From a virus (lineage: Duplodnaviria; Caudoviricetes), in IMG/VR virus record IMGVR_UViG_3300026549_000034, positions 32,001 to 96,000 of that record: DNA of 64,000 bases; one strand, written 5' to 3'. The position numbers and the translations under genes are program-made. Of this stretch, positions 1-10,447 are shown in pieces. Every line of letters starts with the position of its first letter. Position 1 is the stretch's first letter. The notes below the pieces were generated by a model, which was not told the DNA's origin, ran no database searches, and worked only from the letters and a program-made list of their open reading frames with translations.

Positions 1-2
1 AT

Positions 3-164
3 ATTGATCCTACTGTCGGAGTACAACTTCATAAATTGGTTACAAAATATGTAGATGAATATATTAGACCATACGTTAATGATTCTGAAAAACATAAAGA
101 TATGATAAACAATATATATGCTGGTCTTTATGAATATTCATGCTGGGTAATACAACAAAAATAA
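3..164 (+). CDS. 3' end of hypothetical protein (truncated by window edge)
   Basis: Open frame 3 from window start to TAA at 162-164 (IDPTVGVQLH...WVIQQK). Confidence 0.7.
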   Translation: MDPTVGVQLHKLVTKYVDEYIRPYVNDSEKHKDMINNIYAGLYEYSCWVIQQK

Positions 165-176
165 TCAAATAGTTAA

Positions 177-509
177 ATGTTAAAAGTTAATGATTTACAG
201 AAACAAATAAAAGCCGGTTTGACAGAAGTATATAAGCCAGCAATTGAACGTATTATTTTAATGTCATTTCCTGAAAAGACAGATGCTGGTGATAAGCTTG
301 CAGCCGATATTGCCGAAGCATTTGATGATATGACTTCTGAAGCTGTTGCTGAAATATTAGCTAATGCAATTGACTATTATGTAAAAAATATTACTATTAC
401 TGGTAATCTTATAACAAATGGATCACCGACAACACATACATGTACAATAACGCCTGCGCCAACACCTATCACAGCAGGAAAAATACCAAATACTTTAGGA
501 ATATCTTAA
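177..509 (+). CDS. hypothetical protein, possibly virion-associated
   Basis: 110-aa ORF; LANAIDYYVK followed by a Thr/Pro-rich tail; function not recognised. Confidence 0.6.
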   Translation: MLKVNDLQKQIKAGLTEVYKPAIERIILMSFPEKTDAGDKLAADIAEAFDDMTSEAVAEILANAIDYYVKNITITGNLITNGSPTTHTCTITPAPTPITAGKIPNTLGIS

Positions 510-615
510 AAAAATAAAAAAGAATATTTGAATATATCTTTGAACTTTAACAATTTTAAAATAACAAAAACAATAAAAATTTGAAAATATAAATTTATCT
601 AATTATTTAACAAGT

Positions 616-1698
616 ATGAACGAAAATGAAATTTTGGGATTTGATCCCTCACAGTTGTCAGTTTTTAATCAAGACGAAAACACACCAAAGAATTTTAACA
701 GTAACATTTACAAGACAAGACCTGCAGATTCAAAGTCTGATGATGGTATTTATCGAGCAACAATTAAGGTAATTTATAATCCTTTTAATCTTAAGAACAG
801 TGTACTTCAACAGCAATCTTATGGTTTGCAAGACAATGAAGGTTGGTTTAGCGTAGTAAGTTCTTTGACAGTTAATGATACAAATTGTCCTATTTTCAAG
901 GCATGGAAGAAGTGTCATTATGCAGAAAAGGGTTCACAACTTTATTTACAGGCTGCTCCAAAAGAGGAAGGCGGTAATGCATTATTTGATAAGAGATTTG
1001 CTCGTTATGTAACAGTTCAGATTATTGAAGATAAGAATCAACCTGAACTTGAAGGAAAGTATATGTTCTGGAAGTTGCCTAAGTCAATTTGGGATATTAT
1101 TAATGCAAAAATGAATCCTTCAGTAGAATCTAAGAAGGCACCAATTCCTGTTATGGACTTCTTGTTCGGTAGAGCAATTGATATTGAAGTCATCCCAGGA
1201 CCTAAGGATCCTTTGCATCCAGAGCGTGTACAACGTGAGACAAAGTACATGGGTGAGATTAGTGAAGATGTTGTAAGCTGTGTAAATCCTGATGGAAGTC
1301 CTTTGCTTAATGATAGTGAGCAAGATGTATTGGATGAATATGTTCGTCAAATGTCTAAGGTATGGCGTTCTAAGAATCCTGAAGAAAGAGCAGAATTGGT
1401 AAAGGAAATTAATGCAAATGAAAATACACAAAAGCTTCGTAAGATTTATGAAAGAGTTCTTGAAGAAATTAAGAAGGTTTGTCCTGATCTTAATGAAGAA
1501 CTTGGATATCATGAATGGCCTGATAATGTTAAGCAACGTGTACAAAAGTGGATTGATATTGTATTAAGTGGTAATTTGCCAGCAACAAGTGATAATGACG
1601 GTGCAGCAGTAGCATCAACACTTGAAGCTAAGCCAGAAGTACCAGCAAGTACCGCAAGTTCTACAGAAACCGATACATCAGATGATTTACCATTTTAA
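616..1698 (+). CDS. single-stranded DNA-binding protein, T4 gp32-like
   Basis: CPI motif; 'YVTVQIIEDKNQPELEGK' and 'FLFGRAIDIEV' resemble gp32-family segments; acidic tail ending DDLPF. Confidence 0.8.
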   Translation: MNENEILGFDPSQLSVFNQDENTPKNFNSNIYKTRPADSKSDDGIYRATIKVIYNPFNLKNSVLQQQSYGLQDNEGWFSVVSSLTVNDTNCPIFKAWKKCHYAEKGSQLYLQAAPKEEGGNALFDKRFARYVTVQIIEDKNQPELEGKYMFWKLPKSIWDIINAKMNPSVESKKAPIPVMDFLFGRAIDIEVIPGPKDPLHPERVQRETKYMGEISEDVVSCVNPDGSPLLNDSEQDVLDEYVRQMSKVWRSKNPEERAELVKEINANENTQKLRKIYERVLEEIKKVCPDLNEELGYHEWPDNVKQRVQKWIDIVLSGNLPATSDNDGAAVASTLEAKPEVPASTASSTETDTSDDLPF

Positions 1699-1715
1699 TT
1701 TATATAATATTTTTG

Positions 1716-1745
1716 AAGAGGATGTCATATGACATCCTCTTTTTT
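1716..1745 (+). terminator. intrinsic terminator
   Basis: Perfect 26-bp palindrome AAGAGGATGTCATATGACATCCTCTT followed by a T-run, directly after the SSB gene. Confidence 0.85.
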
Positions 1746-1810
1746 GTTTTAAATAATTCGGAACAAAAAACTATATTTAATTTATATATAAATTTTAAAA
1801 TTAATAGATT

Positions 1811-2434
1811 ATGAATAATAAAAAATTTGAAATTACTGAGATTATTGATTTGACAGAAAATGCATCTTTTACTTTAGTTAATGATGATTTTGAAAATGAA
1901 GCAACAGTTGTCATTAAGGATGAAAAGATTGGAATTTATTTTGAAAACGGTGATATTGAAGAATTTGGTGATGATTATACTTCTATGCTAAATAGAGTAA
2001 ATGAACTTGGATATAAGTTTGTCAAGCTTATGAATGGTGCTCATAGATGGAAGAAATATAATCCTAATCCTAAGTCAAGAAATACTGGTGATTGTACTAT
2101 TAGAGCATATTGTGCGGCATTCAATATTAGTTGGGATAAAGCATATGATGAAGCTTCAAACTATGCTAAAGAAGAAAAATATATTCTTGATGCTACACCG
2201 GTAGTAAAGAAAATTGTAGTTGATCATTTTGGTTGTATTGAGGATGAAGACTATAAGAAAACAAAAGCAAAAGATAGAATGACAGTAAATACTTTTGCAA
2301 TGACGCATCCTTACGGAACTTATATTGTACACATTAGAGGACATCTTGTTACTGTTAAGAATGGTGAATACTGGGATTCTTGGGATAGTGGTGACAAGAA
2401 GGTAGATGCAATATATAAAGTTGCTAAAAGATAA
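1811..2434 (+). CDS. NPNP-GDC family protein (putative papain-like Cys/His hydrolase)
   Basis: YNPNPKSRNTGDCTIRA...GHLVTVKNGEYWDSWDS. Confidence 0.55.
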   Translation: MNNKKFEITEIIDLTENASFTLVNDDFENEATVVIKDEKIGIYFENGDIEEFGDDYTSMLNRVNELGYKFVKLMNGAHRWKKYNPNPKSRNTGDCTIRAYCAAFNISWDKAYDEASNYAKEEKYILDATPVVKKIVVDHFGCIEDEDYKKTKAKDRMTVNTFAMTHPYGTYIVHIRGHLVTVKNGEYWDSWDSGDKKVDAIYKVAKR

Positions 2435-2435
2435 A

Positions 2436-2987
2436 ATGAAAAATATTAAAGAATATATTAACGAGCAATTTAATCCAGAATGGGACTATGTTATAGAAAT
2501 GGCTTCTATAGGATATCCCATTCTTAATAAACAAAAACATTATATTGCTTTACACGGTGCACATGCTGGTGACAGGGAAAGACCACATATTCATATATAT
2601 TTAGAAAATGATATTAGGCCATTTAGTAAATTTAATTTTGAAATAGCATTAGATGAAATATTATGTTATGATGAAATTAATTTAATTAGAATGGTAGATA
2701 GTAAAAAACATATAGATATTAGAAATAGAAATAAGTGCTCATGGGAAGGATATAATAAACTAAAAAATGACTTTGAAGATTGGTTGTTTTCTAATGAGGT
2801 TGATTTACGAGGTGATTATATAGATAATTTAGATGCTTGTATATATTTTTATAATCAAGAATCTGGAAAATCTGAAAATAATCCTTTATTAAAATATATC
2901 AAAGATCATGGCATGAAAATTCTCCAAAAATATGAAAAATATTTTTCTAAAGAAGATAAAGAACAATATAAAGAATGTTTTAATTAA
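2436..2987 (+). CDS. capsid-targeting-leader protein with DUF4160-like PHxH domain
   Basis: Start re-called at ATG 2436 (MKNIKEYINE), 1 nt after the upstream stop; HAGDRERPHIHI motif. Confidence 0.6.
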   Translation: MKNIKEYINEQFNPEWDYVIEMASIGYPILNKQKHYIALHGAHAGDRERPHIHIYLENDIRPFSKFNFEIALDEILCYDEINLIRMVDSKKHIDIRNRNKCSWEGYNKLKNDFEDWLFSNEVDLRGDYIDNLDACIYFYNQESGKSENNPLLKYIKDHGMKILQKYEKYFSKEDKEQYKECFN

Positions 2988-2992
2988 AAATT

Positions 2993-3940
2993 ATGAAAAT
3001 AGTATTTGATACAGAAAAGAATACAGTAAAGGTTGGAAATAAGACCTTCGGTGTAGATATGCAAAAGGAAAAAGAAAATTGTATTGTATCATTTTTCAAT
3101 AAGTTTGTAAAAGATCATACAACTCTTAATGACTTTAATGGATATGAGGAAGATTCAATGTGGATGTCATATAGATATTGCATTGGAAGACATACTATTG
3201 CAAGTCATATGCGGGCTGGTGATATTGCTTCAAATTGTTATGGACGTATGAGTGAAGAACGTTCTATATTTACTGCATATGATATAAATAGAGAGATTGA
3301 ACAAAGCATGCAATTCGGCAGTGGACCAGACTGGCATTTCCCTATTACTTCACTTAACAAAATTTATACAAGTGCAATAGATATATTTTGTCAGTTCATT
3401 GAAGATTATAATATTCAGTCAAAAGAAGACTATCTTAAATACTATGCAATTGATGTGATTCTTACAGATAATGAACGAGGCTACAAAATTGAAACAACAA
3501 CTTGGGAAGAAAAGTTACAATCATTAATACCTTTATTTAAAGAAATATATGGGGATGATAATTGTAATGTTGAAAGTATTAAAGAACTTATAAATGAGAC
3601 AAAAAAGAAAAGTACTGATGATGTAGATTCAAGAATTCGTTGGATTATTAAAAGTTATCCTAATCCTGATTATTTCTATTTTAATGACATTGAAGACTTG
3701 TTTGTGTGGAACAATTTGGTACATTTGTTTGATTTAGAACATCATCATAAGTCTATTCTTACAAATGGTGAAGAAGTTGAATGGTATTGGACATATACGC
3801 ATGCAAGTGAGCAACATGAAGACGGATATTGGTATCGTAAAGAAGTTGGATATGAAAGAATAAGAGTTCCAGTTGATGCAAAAATAGGAAGTGTTACAAC
3901 TTGGATTCCTGAAGAAAGTATAAAAGAAGATTTATATTAA
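2993..3940 (+). CDS. hypothetical protein
   Basis: 315-aa ORF in operon. Confidence 0.75.
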   Translation: MKIVFDTEKNTVKVGNKTFGVDMQKEKENCIVSFFNKFVKDHTTLNDFNGYEEDSMWMSYRYCIGRHTIASHMRAGDIASNCYGRMSEERSIFTAYDINREIEQSMQFGSGPDWHFPITSLNKIYTSAIDIFCQFIEDYNIQSKEDYLKYYAIDVILTDNERGYKIETTTWEEKLQSLIPLFKEIYGDDNCNVESIKELINETKKKSTDDVDSRIRWIIKSYPNPDYFYFNDIEDLFVWNNLVHLFDLEHHHKSILTNGEEVEWYWTYTHASEQHEDGYWYRKEVGYERIRVPVDAKIGSVTTWIPEESIKEDLY

Positions 3941-3956
3941 AGAAAATATATTTAAC

Positions 3957-4196
3957 ATGGATAAATTAGATATTAATAGACAGGTTATTGAATACGATTC
4001 TCGGCCGTTTGGTGATTGTTATTTTCAGTATAAAAACATTAGAATTGAAATTGATGAAGATACAAACATCATTCGAATTATGAAAGGTAATAAAATGGTA
4101 AAATTTTGGTATGAACTTGATACAATTCAAACATCCAAATTACCTAATAGTTGTGAAATTATTCATGAATTTAATAACGTATTTGAAAATAAATAA
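3957..4196 (+). CDS. hypothetical protein
   Basis: 79-aa ORF in operon. Confidence 0.6.
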   Translation: MDKLDINRQVIEYDSRPFGDCYFQYKNIRIEIDEDTNIIRIMKGNKMVKFWYELDTIQTSKLPNSCEIIHEFNNVFENK

Positions 4197-4217
4197 AAAA
4201 TATATAATATAATATAA

Positions 4218-4934
4218 ATGATTAAGTGGGATAAATATTTTAGTAATATATATGTTGTAAGTAGATGCTCAAATTTTGATAAACGAGAAAGTGTTGAACG
4301 AGAGTTTAAACGTATTGGATTAAATAACTATAATTGGTTTTATAATTGTGATGATGAATTAATTGATTATGAAAGACTAATTAATTATCATAGAAGCAAA
4401 GCAGCAGTAAGATGTACACATGCTCATTATAGATTAATAAAGACATTATATGAATTAAACTATGATAATGTATTAATAATTGAAGATGATATACATTTTT
4501 TACAAGACATAAGTAAAATAAAGAAACAATTAGATATATTCAATAAGCAAAAACATCTATGTAATGGTTATTTCTTTAGTTATGTTATATATGGTATATC
4601 TATATTTTTAGCAGACTTCTATTATCTTGATAGAAAATTAATGAAATATCTATTATATTGTTTTGAACATTATCCTTGTGCAAATGATAACTATATATTT
4701 ACAAATTATATATATCCTAATGATGTTACAGGCATTACAATGCAATTTGGTTCCACAACATCAAATGACAGTATTACAGCAAAAATATCTTCAGAGGATA
4801 ATTTGTTACCGTTACAAATAATGTTAGCACCTCAACGCATTTCTGTACAACCAGATAAAATTAATTTCTATACTACAGAAAACTCTGAACATGTTACTAA
4901 CAAAATAGAAAACTTTAATGAATATAACGTATGA
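4218..4934 (+). CDS. glycosyltransferase, GT25-like
   Basis: IYVV...KRE, CTHAHY and VLIIEDDI motifs typical of family 25. Confidence 0.7.
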   Translation: MIKWDKYFSNIYVVSRCSNFDKRESVEREFKRIGLNNYNWFYNCDDELIDYERLINYHRSKAAVRCTHAHYRLIKTLYELNYDNVLIIEDDIHFLQDISKIKKQLDIFNKQKHLCNGYFFSYVIYGISIFLADFYYLDRKLMKYLLYCFEHYPCANDNYIFTNYIYPNDVTGITMQFGSTTSNDSITAKISSEDNLLPLQIMLAPQRISVQPDKINFYTTENSEHVTNKIENFNEYNV

Positions 4935-5359
4935 ATTTAGATAATATACAAAATGGAAATACTCTTTATGGAGCATGTGTATTTTGCAAAAATACAGAAG
5001 AGCCTATAGATTATTCCGTAAAAATTATTCCCATAAAAATTACAGACATAAAATATAAAGAAAATAATCATTATATTAAGTTTTATATAAATGATGTTAA
5101 ATATAGTAATAAAATATTTGAAAAGGAAATTTTAGATTATGATATGAAAAGAAATCATTTTACCGTATCTAATGTATATAATGTTTATGGTTTTGATGGT
5201 ATGTCATTTATTGAAATATTTTCTTCAAAAAAAGATGCATATGAATATGGTAAGAAATATATAAATAATATTATAGATATATATCATAAAAAAATAGATT
5301 ATTATATAAAAAGATTACAAGCATTAGAAAATAATATTAAAGAATTAAAATATGAATAA
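4931..5359 (+). CDS. hypothetical protein
   Basis: 142 aa, ATGA overlap with upstream gene. Confidence 0.7.
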   Translation: MNLDNIQNGNTLYGACVFCKNTEEPIDYSVKIIPIKITDIKYKENNHYIKFYINDVKYSNKIFEKEILDYDMKRNHFTVSNVYNVYGFDGMSFIEIFSSKKDAYEYGKKYINNIIDIYHKKIDYYIKRLQALENNIKELKYE

Positions 5360-5639
5360 CGATTTACTATTAAACGGTGGTGGTGTTCCTACAATTGGAA
5401 AGCCAAAAATTGATCCACGTGATTATGAAACTATAAAATGCTCACACTGTGGAGGTATTATATTTGAAGAAAAATATATATTGAAAAGGGTTTCAGGAGT
5501 AGAACTTGGTCAAGGTGCAAGAGATATGATGATACCGTTAAATGTTCTTGTATGCAGTCAATGTCATAATATCATGGATGATGATATTAAAGGATATAAA
5601 TTAGAAAAGGATTTAGGTTTAGAAAATAATAGCAAATAA
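5352..5639 (+). CDS. zinc-ribbon protein
   Basis: CSHC...CSQC. Confidence 0.65.
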   Translation: MNNDLLLNGGGVPTIGKPKIDPRDYETIKCSHCGGIIFEEKYILKRVSGVELGQGARDMMIPLNVLVCSQCHNIMDDDIKGYKLEKDLGLENNSK

Positions 5640-5647
5640 TTAAATAC

Positions 5648-5917
5648 ATGGAAGATAAAATTATTTTATATAATAGAGATGGTGGGCATCTATGGTTAGA
5701 ACATATTAAAGACAAATTATGGGCTTTTATGTCTGACAATGATTCATTATTTGTAAATTATGCAAGATTCATTTTTGATGAAAACAAATTGCTTGAAGCT
5801 TTTGATCCACCAGGAGGTCCGTATATATCAGTAGGTTCAATTATAAATGATAAGTATATTGTTAAGTCTATTGAAGGCAATTTATTGTTTTTTGAACTTG
5901 AAGAAATTAAGAAATAA
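5648..5917 (+). CDS. hypothetical protein
   Basis: 89 aa, DPPGGPYI motif; a similar DPIGGPTI motif ends the dNMP kinase at 55974. Confidence 0.65.
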   Translation: MEDKIILYNRDGGHLWLEHIKDKLWAFMSDNDSLFVNYARFIFDENKLLEAFDPPGGPYISVGSIINDKYIVKSIEGNLLFFELEEIKK

Positions 5918-5985
5918 TTTTTTATACAATATTAAATTTTTATTGAATTAATTCTATATTATATATATCATTAAATAAATATAGT

Positions 5986-6162
5986 ATGGAATTAATTCTT
6001 TTAGTATTATTTGGTATATTAGTATTTGTAATACTTGGTATATGCGGATGGATAATCAAAATAATAGGAAGTATTTTTGAATTTTTACTCGATGGGTGTA
6101 TGAATTCTATAGGTTGCCTTGTATGGGTAATAGTATTTATAGTAATCATATGTTCAATTTAA
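5986..6162 (+). CDS. small membrane protein (58 aa, not in ORF track)
   Basis: MELILLVLFGILVFVILGICGWII...LVWVIVFIVIICSI; preceded by CTATATTA motif at 5954. Confidence 0.65.
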   Translation: MELILLVLFGILVFVILGICGWIIKIIGSIFEFLLDGCMNSIGCLVWVIVFIVIICSI

Positions 6163-6214
6163 CTTAACAAAAAATATTTTTAAAAAATTAGCAAAATATA
6201 TAATAAATAAAATT

Positions 6215-6520
6215 ATGAATAATATAACAAAACGTTGGAATATAATTGTAATAGTAATATTGGCAGTATTTAGTTTAAGTAAATGTACTCAATCTTGCTC
6301 TCGTCAAACAATCATTAATAATAAAGAAATAACTATTCATGAAAAGGATTCATTACTTAAAGTAGCAAATGATTCTATAAACATGTTAAATACCAAAATA
6401 CAAATTTATGAAGAACGTATTTCTGGTTTGACAAATTCATTAACTATTCAAGAAGAAGCAGCTCGTCGTATATCTGAAGCAAAAAAGAATATTAGTGTAA
6501 CTGTTAAAGAAAGAAAATAG
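6215..6520 (+). CDS. membrane-anchored coiled-coil protein
   Basis: N-terminal hydrophobic segment followed by Cys residues and a heptad-rich region. Confidence 0.6.
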   Translation: MNNITKRWNIIVIVILAVFSLSKCTQSCSRQTIINNKEITIHEKDSLLKVANDSINMLNTKIQIYEERISGLTNSLTIQEEAARRISEAKKNISVTVKERK

Positions 6521-6523
6521 TAT

Positions 6524-7273
6524 ATGAAAAGAATAACAATAGGCGATCCGCATGGGCGTTGGAATGCATTTAAACAAATCTATGATAAAGAACAACCTGA
6601 TGAAGTTATTGTGGTTGGGGATTATTTTGATTCATTTGATATAGATGCTTATGCTCAAAGGGAATGCTATGACAACATTATAAATCTTCGTAAAGAACAT
6701 CTTAAGAAATTTGGTAGAGGATTTCATATGCTTATCGGAAATCATGATATGCATTACATGGATGAAAGTTTTGGTAGGTGTTCTGGTTGGAATTATCTTA
6801 CTTATTCTCAGGCAGGATATCCTCTTTGTAGAGATTGGGATAAAGGAATATTGCAAATAGTTTTCATTGATGAAATAAACAAGACTATCTATTCACATGC
6901 AGGTGTCACAATGAATTGGTTTCAACAATGGATTAAATCAAACAATTTGGGCGATATTAATACTATTGAGACAAAGGCATTCCAGTTTACTTACAAAAAT
7001 GGCGGAGACTATTATGGAAGTTCATCATGGAACAGCCCATTGTGGGTACGTCCAGAAGGATTGGCTAAATCCCCATATACGGAATGTGCAGATGGAAATG
7101 GAATTATATGGTCACAAGTGTTTGGACATACAGAACCAAAAGCACCTCACCATTGGATAGATACAAGAGGAGAATTTTGGGGAATTGATTGTATAAACAG
7201 AGGATATCTTGTTGAAGAGTTTGATGATGACAATAAGTTAGTTTCAAGAAAATTTTCATATGTCAACTACTAA
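6524..7273 (+). CDS. calcineurin-like metallophosphoesterase
   Basis: GDPHG, GDYFD, GNHD, HAG and GHT motifs. Confidence 0.9.
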   Translation: MKRITIGDPHGRWNAFKQIYDKEQPDEVIVVGDYFDSFDIDAYAQRECYDNIINLRKEHLKKFGRGFHMLIGNHDMHYMDESFGRCSGWNYLTYSQAGYPLCRDWDKGILQIVFIDEINKTIYSHAGVTMNWFQQWIKSNNLGDINTIETKAFQFTYKNGGDYYGSSSWNSPLWVRPEGLAKSPYTECADGNGIIWSQVFGHTEPKAPHHWIDTRGEFWGIDCINRGYLVEEFDDDNKLVSRKFSYVNY

Positions 7274-7670
7274 ATCATGCAGTATTAATATTAAAAAACT
7301 AAATAAGTTTCTTTTAGATCTTGACAATGAATATGATATTAATAGTGGAGCGTGCGCATTAATAGCAAGTATAATAGCAAAATATCTTGAAAATAATGAC
7401 ATAAAATATAGAACTAAAGTCTACTATTATGAAGATAACTATGAATATGCTTGGCATTATTCATTAGTTGTTAACAATATTGAAATTAATCCTTCAACAT
7501 ACGAATATCAAGAATGGGAATGTGAAATAACAAGAATTGAAGATAATTGGGATAGTAATGAACTATTAGAAAAGTATAATAGTATTATTGATGATTCTAA
7601 TTATTGGAAATGTAATAATGAAAAGAAAGTAATCAATTTGTTGGCAAACTTTTTGTCTAATGAAATTTAA
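7260..7670 (+). CDS. hypothetical protein, possible Cys/His papain- or transglutaminase-like fold
   Basis: INSGACALIA...WHY. Confidence 0.5.
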   Translation: MSTTKSCSINIKKLNKFLLDLDNEYDINSGACALIASIIAKYLENNDIKYRTKVYYYEDNYEYAWHYSLVVNNIEINPSTYEYQEWECEITRIEDNWDSNELLEKYNSIIDDSNYWKCNNEKKVINLLANFLSNEI

Positions 7671-7971
7671 TGAATGGATTGTCTTTAAGACAAATAAGTG
7701 TTTCTTCACATGCATTACAATTTTTCTTGAAGTTCACTACTTGTTCTACGGTAAGATCAAACCATTCATTTTTTACTCTTGAACTCACATATCTTACATG
7801 CATCATTTGTTCAATATTATATGGATATTCGGTTTTGTAATAAGAACTTATATAGATTTCATTAGGGTTGCCTGTTTGTAATTCTGCAATTCTTTTATGA
7901 ATGTCCTTTTGCTTAGTCATTCCTATCTTAAAACGTTCACCATCACAAAGCAAATAAACAAAGCCTTTCAT
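7657..7971 (-). CDS. GIY-YIG (T5orf172/MUG113-like) nuclease
   Basis: GFVYLL..FKIGMT..RIAELQTGNP..IEQMMH..NEWF. Confidence 0.85.
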   Translation of the reverse strand: MKGFVYLLCDGERFKIGMTKQKDIHKRIAELQTGNPNEIYISSYYKTEYPYNIEQMMHVRYVSSRVKNEWFDLTVEQVVNFKKNCNACEETLICLKDNPFIKFH

Positions 7972-7984
7972 TTAATCAATATCA

Positions 7985-9031
7985 TTAATCATATAATTTC
8001 TTTTTTAATAAACTTCCAAACATTTCTTTAAATGTTTTTAAGTTAACTACTTCATAGTCAATTGCAGCTAATACATATCCATAAAGACCACCGCCTTCAT
8101 CAGTTACTACATCAAATGTTACATCAATTGATTTATCTCCCTTTTCAACAGTTACAATAAATCCTTCTGTCCATGCTCTTCCATTTTTTCTCATTGCATC
8201 TTTACCTGCTTTTGTTTTAGCATTTTTAAATGCTTCTTTCCAAGTAATAGTGTAATCTGTTAATGATTCAAAATATTTATATACTGATTTTGTTATCCAA
8301 CTTTCAGCTATTTTTTTAGTTTCTTTATCTAAACGTTTCATATCTGAATCATCGACCTTTTCATCATCTGCTTTATATTTTTCTGTATAAGCAACAATTT
8401 CTGCTTTAGTAAGAAGCTTTCTATCTGTTATTGCATATCCAAATACTGATATTGCTTCTTCCCATCCAATTTTAATAGCAGCTATCCAACGAGCAACAAG
8501 TTTATTATCATCTTTAATAGATTTAACTAATCTTTCTGGATCTGAACGCTTATTAAAATATGCTTTCATTTTAGCTATATGCTTTTCATCTGTTTTATAT
8601 TTAGAAGTATCTGCATTTTGAACATCACTTGCAAATTTTTCTGCAGCTTTCTTTTCTTTTTCTGCTTCACCATCTATTGCTTCTTTACGTTTCTCATCTT
8701 TCTCAGGATCATATTTAAAACAAAGAATAGCATAATATTTACTATTTGCATTTACTTTTCTAAATCTGCTAATGCCTTTGTTATTAGATAAACGTTCTTT
8801 CCAATCATCAACTTTATCTCTACTTATTCCATAAAGAGCATAATTTTGAACTTTATCAAATATGTTTTGAATATATATACCTGAATTACCACTAAGCCAA
8901 CTATTAGAGCCTAAGCCATATAATGAATTAAGCCATTCTATATCTGACATACTTGCAATTCTACCTTCAAGTAATAATTCATTAGTATTTAATTCTTTTT
9001 GTTCTCTTATAAATCTATTTAAGGATTTCAT
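7985..9031 (-). CDS. capsid-targeting-leader protein, unknown function
   Basis: N-terminus MKSLNRFIRE; second LLLE site at residues 19-22. Confidence 0.7.
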   Translation of the reverse strand: MKSLNRFIREQKELNTNELLLEGRIASMSDIEWLNSLYGLGSNSWLSGNSGIYIQNIFDKVQNYALYGISRDKVDDWKERLSNNKGISRFRKVNANSKYYAILCFKYDPEKDEKRKEAIDGEAEKEKKAAEKFASDVQNADTSKYKTDEKHIAKMKAYFNKRSDPERLVKSIKDDNKLVARWIAAIKIGWEEAISVFGYAITDRKLLTKAEIVAYTEKYKADDEKVDDSDMKRLDKETKKIAESWITKSVYKYFESLTDYTITWKEAFKNAKTKAGKDAMRKNGRAWTEGFIVTVEKGDKSIDVTFDVVTDEGGGLYGYVLAAIDYEVVNLKTFKEMFGSLLKKKLYD

Positions 9032-9225
9032 ATTTTATATCTTCTAAATTTTTTTCTTCTTTTGTATAATTTTCCAGTTTTTACATCGATACACATTGGC
9101 TGTGGAATATCTCCTGACCCAACTTGAGAATTATCCATACTTGGTGCACTTGGATTACCCATACCAATAGTATTCATTGGTGTTGCAAACAATTCTTCTT
9201 CAATATATTCTTTTAAGCTTTTCAT
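9028..9225 (-). CDS. small capsid-targeting-leader protein
   Basis: Start re-called at 9225 (MKSLKEYIEE), ATGA overlap with upstream gene; TPMNTIGMGN motif and basic tail. Confidence 0.7.
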   Translation of the reverse strand: MKSLKEYIEEELFATPMNTIGMGNPSAPSMDNSQVGSGDIPQPMCIDVKTGKLYKRRKKFRRYKI

Positions 9226-9584
9226 TTTAGATCTTGTGAAGTAAAACCTATAAATATACAAGGGATATCATATAAATATTTCATTATGCCTTCTGCATTT
9301 GTATGTTTATTAGCAATTTCTTTTATTTCTTTAAATTTCTTTGCTAACTTATCATCTGGCATTCCATTATATTCAGGTACATACTTCTTTATTATATCAT
9401 CTACTTTACGTAATTCACTTTCATTTGCAATATCATATATATAAACATAATAAGAACTATAAAGTTTATGTTTTGATGATACAAGACTGACACTTGTTCC
9501 CCAATTTTCAAATTCTTTCTTTATTTTGTTTATTATAGTAGTTGTTGAACTTGACTCTGAAATATATTGAATAATTTTTTTCAT
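9222..9584 (-). CDS. capsid-targeting-leader protein
   Basis: MKKIIQYISE. Confidence 0.7.
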   Translation of the reverse strand: MKKIIQYISESSSTTTIINKIKKEFENWGTSVSLVSSKHKLYSSYYVYIYDIANESELRKVDDIIKKYVPEYNGMPDDKLAKKFKEIKEIANKHTNAEGIMKYLYDIPCIFIGFTSQDLK

Positions 9585-9640
9585 ATATTATTAAATTTTT
9601 GAAATATTTATACTATATTTATTAAAAATAAATTAAAAAT

Positions 9641-10135
9641 ATGAATGTAAATATCAGTAATTCAAAAAATGTAATAAGGCATTTTAAATTTGAGCCGACA
9701 GATATAAATAAGTATATTGTTCTCAAATTTAGATATGAGCAGCATATGTTTACAAACAATTCTATGTTTGGTTCAACATTAGTCATAAACAAGCATGAAT
9801 TGTCAATGAGAAATACTGATTATTTGTATGGGGTGTATAAAATAGAGTGGCATAGTGATTATTTTAAGATGCATAATGATATGTCTTATAAAGTACAGCT
9901 TACACCAGTTGGCTTTTGGAAAGACTATTGTCCAAATAGATCATGGTATACAAGCGATGTAGAACAAATTATTAATGAGGATTATGATTTGTTTAATGAA
10001 ATGCCTCTTTTTGATACTTATAAAGATGCTGAGAATTTTGCAGTAAAGAAAAATGATGAACTTTACCCATATATTCCTACTAAATTCGAAAAATTTAAGT
10101 CATATATTAAGGGTTTATTTAAAAAGGAAGTATGA
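9641..10135 (+). CDS. hypothetical protein
   Basis: 164 aa; CTATATTTA motif at 9613. Confidence 0.7.
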   Translation: MNVNISNSKNVIRHFKFEPTDINKYIVLKFRYEQHMFTNNSMFGSTLVINKHELSMRNTDYLYGVYKIEWHSDYFKMHNDMSYKVQLTPVGFWKDYCPNRSWYTSDVEQIINEDYDLFNEMPLFDTYKDAENFAVKKNDELYPYIPTKFEKFKSYIKGLFKKEV

Positions 10136-10431
10136 TACTTAGAATTCTACAATTGAAAGATAATGATGATTTAAGAGCATATTATTTTGCATCATTAGAT
10201 CTATTGAAAGACTTGAATCTTGAAGTAGACATAAATAACTATGATGTTGTATATGTTGATAATGATTTCAATCTTAAGTCAAAAGATATTTTAGAGGAAA
10301 TTTACATATTATTTCAAGGTCAAAAACCAATATCTTATACAGGACATTCACTGTCAGTTGCAGATATTATAGAACTTGATGGCGAACAATATTACGTTGA
10401 TAGTTATGGGTTTGAAAAATTAAAAAAATAA
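10132..10431 (+). CDS. YodL-like domain protein
   Basis: LEEIYILF...YTGHSLSVADII...YYVDSYGFEKL. Confidence 0.75.
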   Translation: MILRILQLKDNDDLRAYYFASLDLLKDLNLEVDINNYDVVYVDNDFNLKSKDILEEIYILFQGQKPISYTGHSLSVADIIELDGEQYYVDSYGFEKLKK

Positions 10432-10447
10432 TATAAAATTAAAAAAT

